From Cyanophora paradoxa CCMP329 (taxonomy: Eukaryota > Plantae > Glaucophyta), in the NCBI GenBank assembly GCA_004431415.1, contig QPMI01000038.1:332955-396954 (forward strand): a DNA stretch of 64,000 bases, read 5' to 3'. The notes under the pieces were generated by a model that worked only from the letters and a program-made list of their open reading frames with translations, searched no databases and was not told the DNA's origin. Shown here piece after piece: positions 62,001 through 64,000 of this stretch; within the stretch, counting starts at the first letter, position 1; each line of letters opens with the position of its first letter. The position numbers and the translations under genes are program-made.

Positions 62001-64000
62001 CCTCACCACCGCCGTCCGGGCCTCCAACGCCAGCGCCCCCTCCTACACCCTCACCCCCGTCGAGAACCTCCCCGTCCGCCCCGCCCCCTCCACCGCCCGC
62101 CGCGCCGCCGGCCGAGGCGCGCCGGGCGGCAGGACCCGCTGCTGCGGGCCTTCGTGCAGTCGCTGCCGGCGGACGCGGAGGGGAGGGCGCGGCTGGACGC
62201 CGTGTCGGCGCTGCGGGTCGGGGAGAACGACTTCTCGCACGGCGGCCGCGTCTACCGCTCCCGCTTCTTCCCCGTCCGCGTCCCGTCACCCCGGCGCCCC
62301 CGCGTCCGGCGGGGCCCGCCCCGGCGAGCTCAAGGCGCGCCCCGCCCCGCCCCGCCCGCGCGCCGCCGCCGCCGACCGGGGGGGGCGGGGCGCAGATCCT
62401 GATCGGGGTGGTGACGCCGGACGACGACATCCGCGCCCTCGTGTACCTCAACGCGCGGGTGCGCCCCCGGCGACGGCGGGCGGGGGCGGGGGCGGGGGCT
62501 GAGGGGCGGGGCGCGGGGCGCGGGGCAGGTCTCGTCGATCATCGGCTCGGTCGGCTTCGCCGTCATCATCGCCCTCGTCGCCGTCATCTCCGTCGAGGCG
62601 CGCCGGGCCTGGCGGGCGCTGCCGGCGGGCGGGCGGGGCTGACAGGCGGCGGCAGATGACGCGGCAGCTGCGGCACTTCTCGCGGGAGGTGGAGGCGGTG
62701 GCGGCGCTGCGGACGGGGGCCGAGGAGCCCGAGCGGCGCCTCGGCTCGTTCGTGAAGGAGCTGCACACCTTCGGGGCGGCGATCGGCAAGATGCGCTCCC
62801 TGCTCGCCATCATCACGGGCATGATGGACGCCGTCTTCGTCGTCGACGGCGCGGGCCGCGTGGCGAAGCTCAACGCGCGGGCGCTGGCGCTCTTCGGCGT
62901 GGCGCGGCCGGAGGACGTCCTCGGCGCCGCCTTCCCCGAGCTCTTCGTCGACGCCGCCTGCCGCGAGCGCTTCCGCGAGCTCCTCCTCCCCGCCCCCGTC
63001 CCCAAGCCCGCCCCCGCCCCCGCCCCCGCCGGAGCCCGCGAGTTCGTCTGCGTGCGGCCGGGCGGCGGGGCGCGCTTCCCGGCGGAGATCTCGGCGGGGC
63101 GGGTGCGGACGGCGGGCGGGGAGATGCTGGTGCTGGTGGTGCGGGACGTGAGCGAGCGGCACGCGCTGCTGGAGTCGCTGCGCGAGTCCGAGTCGAAGGC
63201 CGTGCTGCTCGCGCACGACCTCCGCTGCCTCATCCAGTACAGCAACGCGCCCATCTTCGCCGTCGACCCCGCCGGCCTCGTCGTCGAGTGGAACGCCGCT
63301 ATGGCCGTCCGCCCCGCCCCGCCCCGCCCCCGCCCCGCCCCCGCGCCGGCGCCAGACCCGACGGGGCGGGCGGGAGCAGAAGGCGACGGGGTGCCGGCGG
63401 GAGGAGGCGCTGGGGCAGCCGGTGCTCTCGTTCGTGGCGGAAGAGGGGCGCGCTGCGCTGCGCGAGACCCTCGCCGGCGTGCTCGAGCGCGGGCGCGAGG
63501 TCGAGAACCACGAGGTCGAGTTCCTCTGCCGCCCCTCCGCCGCCCGCCGCCTCGCCAGCGCCCACGCCTCCGTCGCCTCCGGTGCCCGCCCGCCCCCGCC
63601 ACTGCCCCCGCCGCTGACGCGCGCGCGGCAGGCTCTGAGAGCGAGGTGATGACGCCGGCGGAGGAGGTGCTGCCGGGCAGGAGCCGGCGGCGCTGGGCGG
63701 CGGACGGTGCGGCTGATGGTGAACGCGGCGGGGCGGCGGACCTCGCCGGCTCGATCGTCGGGGCCATCTGCGTGGGGCAGGACATGAGCGAGAAGGTCCG
63801 CATGATCGAGATGAAGGGTGCGCGTCGGCTCCCGTGCCCCGCCCCGCCCCGCCCCGCCCCTCACCGGCCGCCGCAGCGCCGCGCACGCCAAGGCCCGCCT
63901 CATCGCCTACGGTGCGCCCCGCGCCGCCCGCCCGCCCGCCGCCCGCCCTCACCGCCCGCCGCGTGTGCGTGCGGAGCGCGGGCGCCGCCGGGCCGCGGTC
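55153..64000. repeat. Large inverted repeat: arms 55153-58547 and 60578->=64000, ~2 kb spacer
   Basis: Exons and most introns are reverse-complement matches. Confidence 0.92.
60376..64000 (+). CDS. Hybrid histidine kinase copy 2 (inverted duplicate), runs off window
   Basis: Near-identical to the reverse complement of 55153-58547 from PRFRISLRFVALP onward. Has its own N-terminus, MEARVHPRPP... Confidence 0.88.

Noticed and set aside
84-63952. Hundreds of long Arg/Gly/Pro/Ala-rich ORFs in the six-frame track
   Set aside because: Shadow frames caused by stop-codon scarcity at very high GC and by read-through of short introns; no motifs.
52020-64000. Bacterial contamination or recent HGT of two-component genes
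   Set aside because: The kinases are full of host-type spliceosomal introns, and hybrid HKs are common in algae, fungi and protists.
1-64000. tRNA, rRNA, snRNA genes and telomeric repeats
   Set aside because: None recognisable by eye; tRNAscan-SE or Infernal would be needed to exclude them.

Overview
Eukaryotic nuclear DNA from a very GC-rich, intron-dense microbial eukaryote. Introns are about 45-80 nt and many have GC-AG ends. The overall style recalls the glaucophyte Cyanophora, but that is an unverified impression. Genes in order: RUS1/DUF647 (-), a membrane coiled-coil RING E3 ligase (+), a small Cys-rich protein, four F-box/LRR-like genes plus an orphan exon, a PHD-ELM2-SANT chromatin protein, a multi-pass membrane protein, a type I surface protein with five Cys-rich repeats, an ENA-type P-type Na+ ATPase, and two head-to-head hybrid histidine kinases that form a large inverted duplication. 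Mobile elements: a 2.1 kb non-autonomous LTR element, a 381 bp hAT MITE, and a 9.1 kb tyrosine-recombinase retrotransposon (PAT/TOC1/kangaroo-like, split direct repeats, antisense YR). The best candidate for a novel system is this retrotransposon, whose ORF1 appears to carry at least five spliceosomal introns. Many single-base frameshifts sit in homopolymers and are probably long-read assembly errors. Spliced-gene coordinates are gene spans, not exact exon models.
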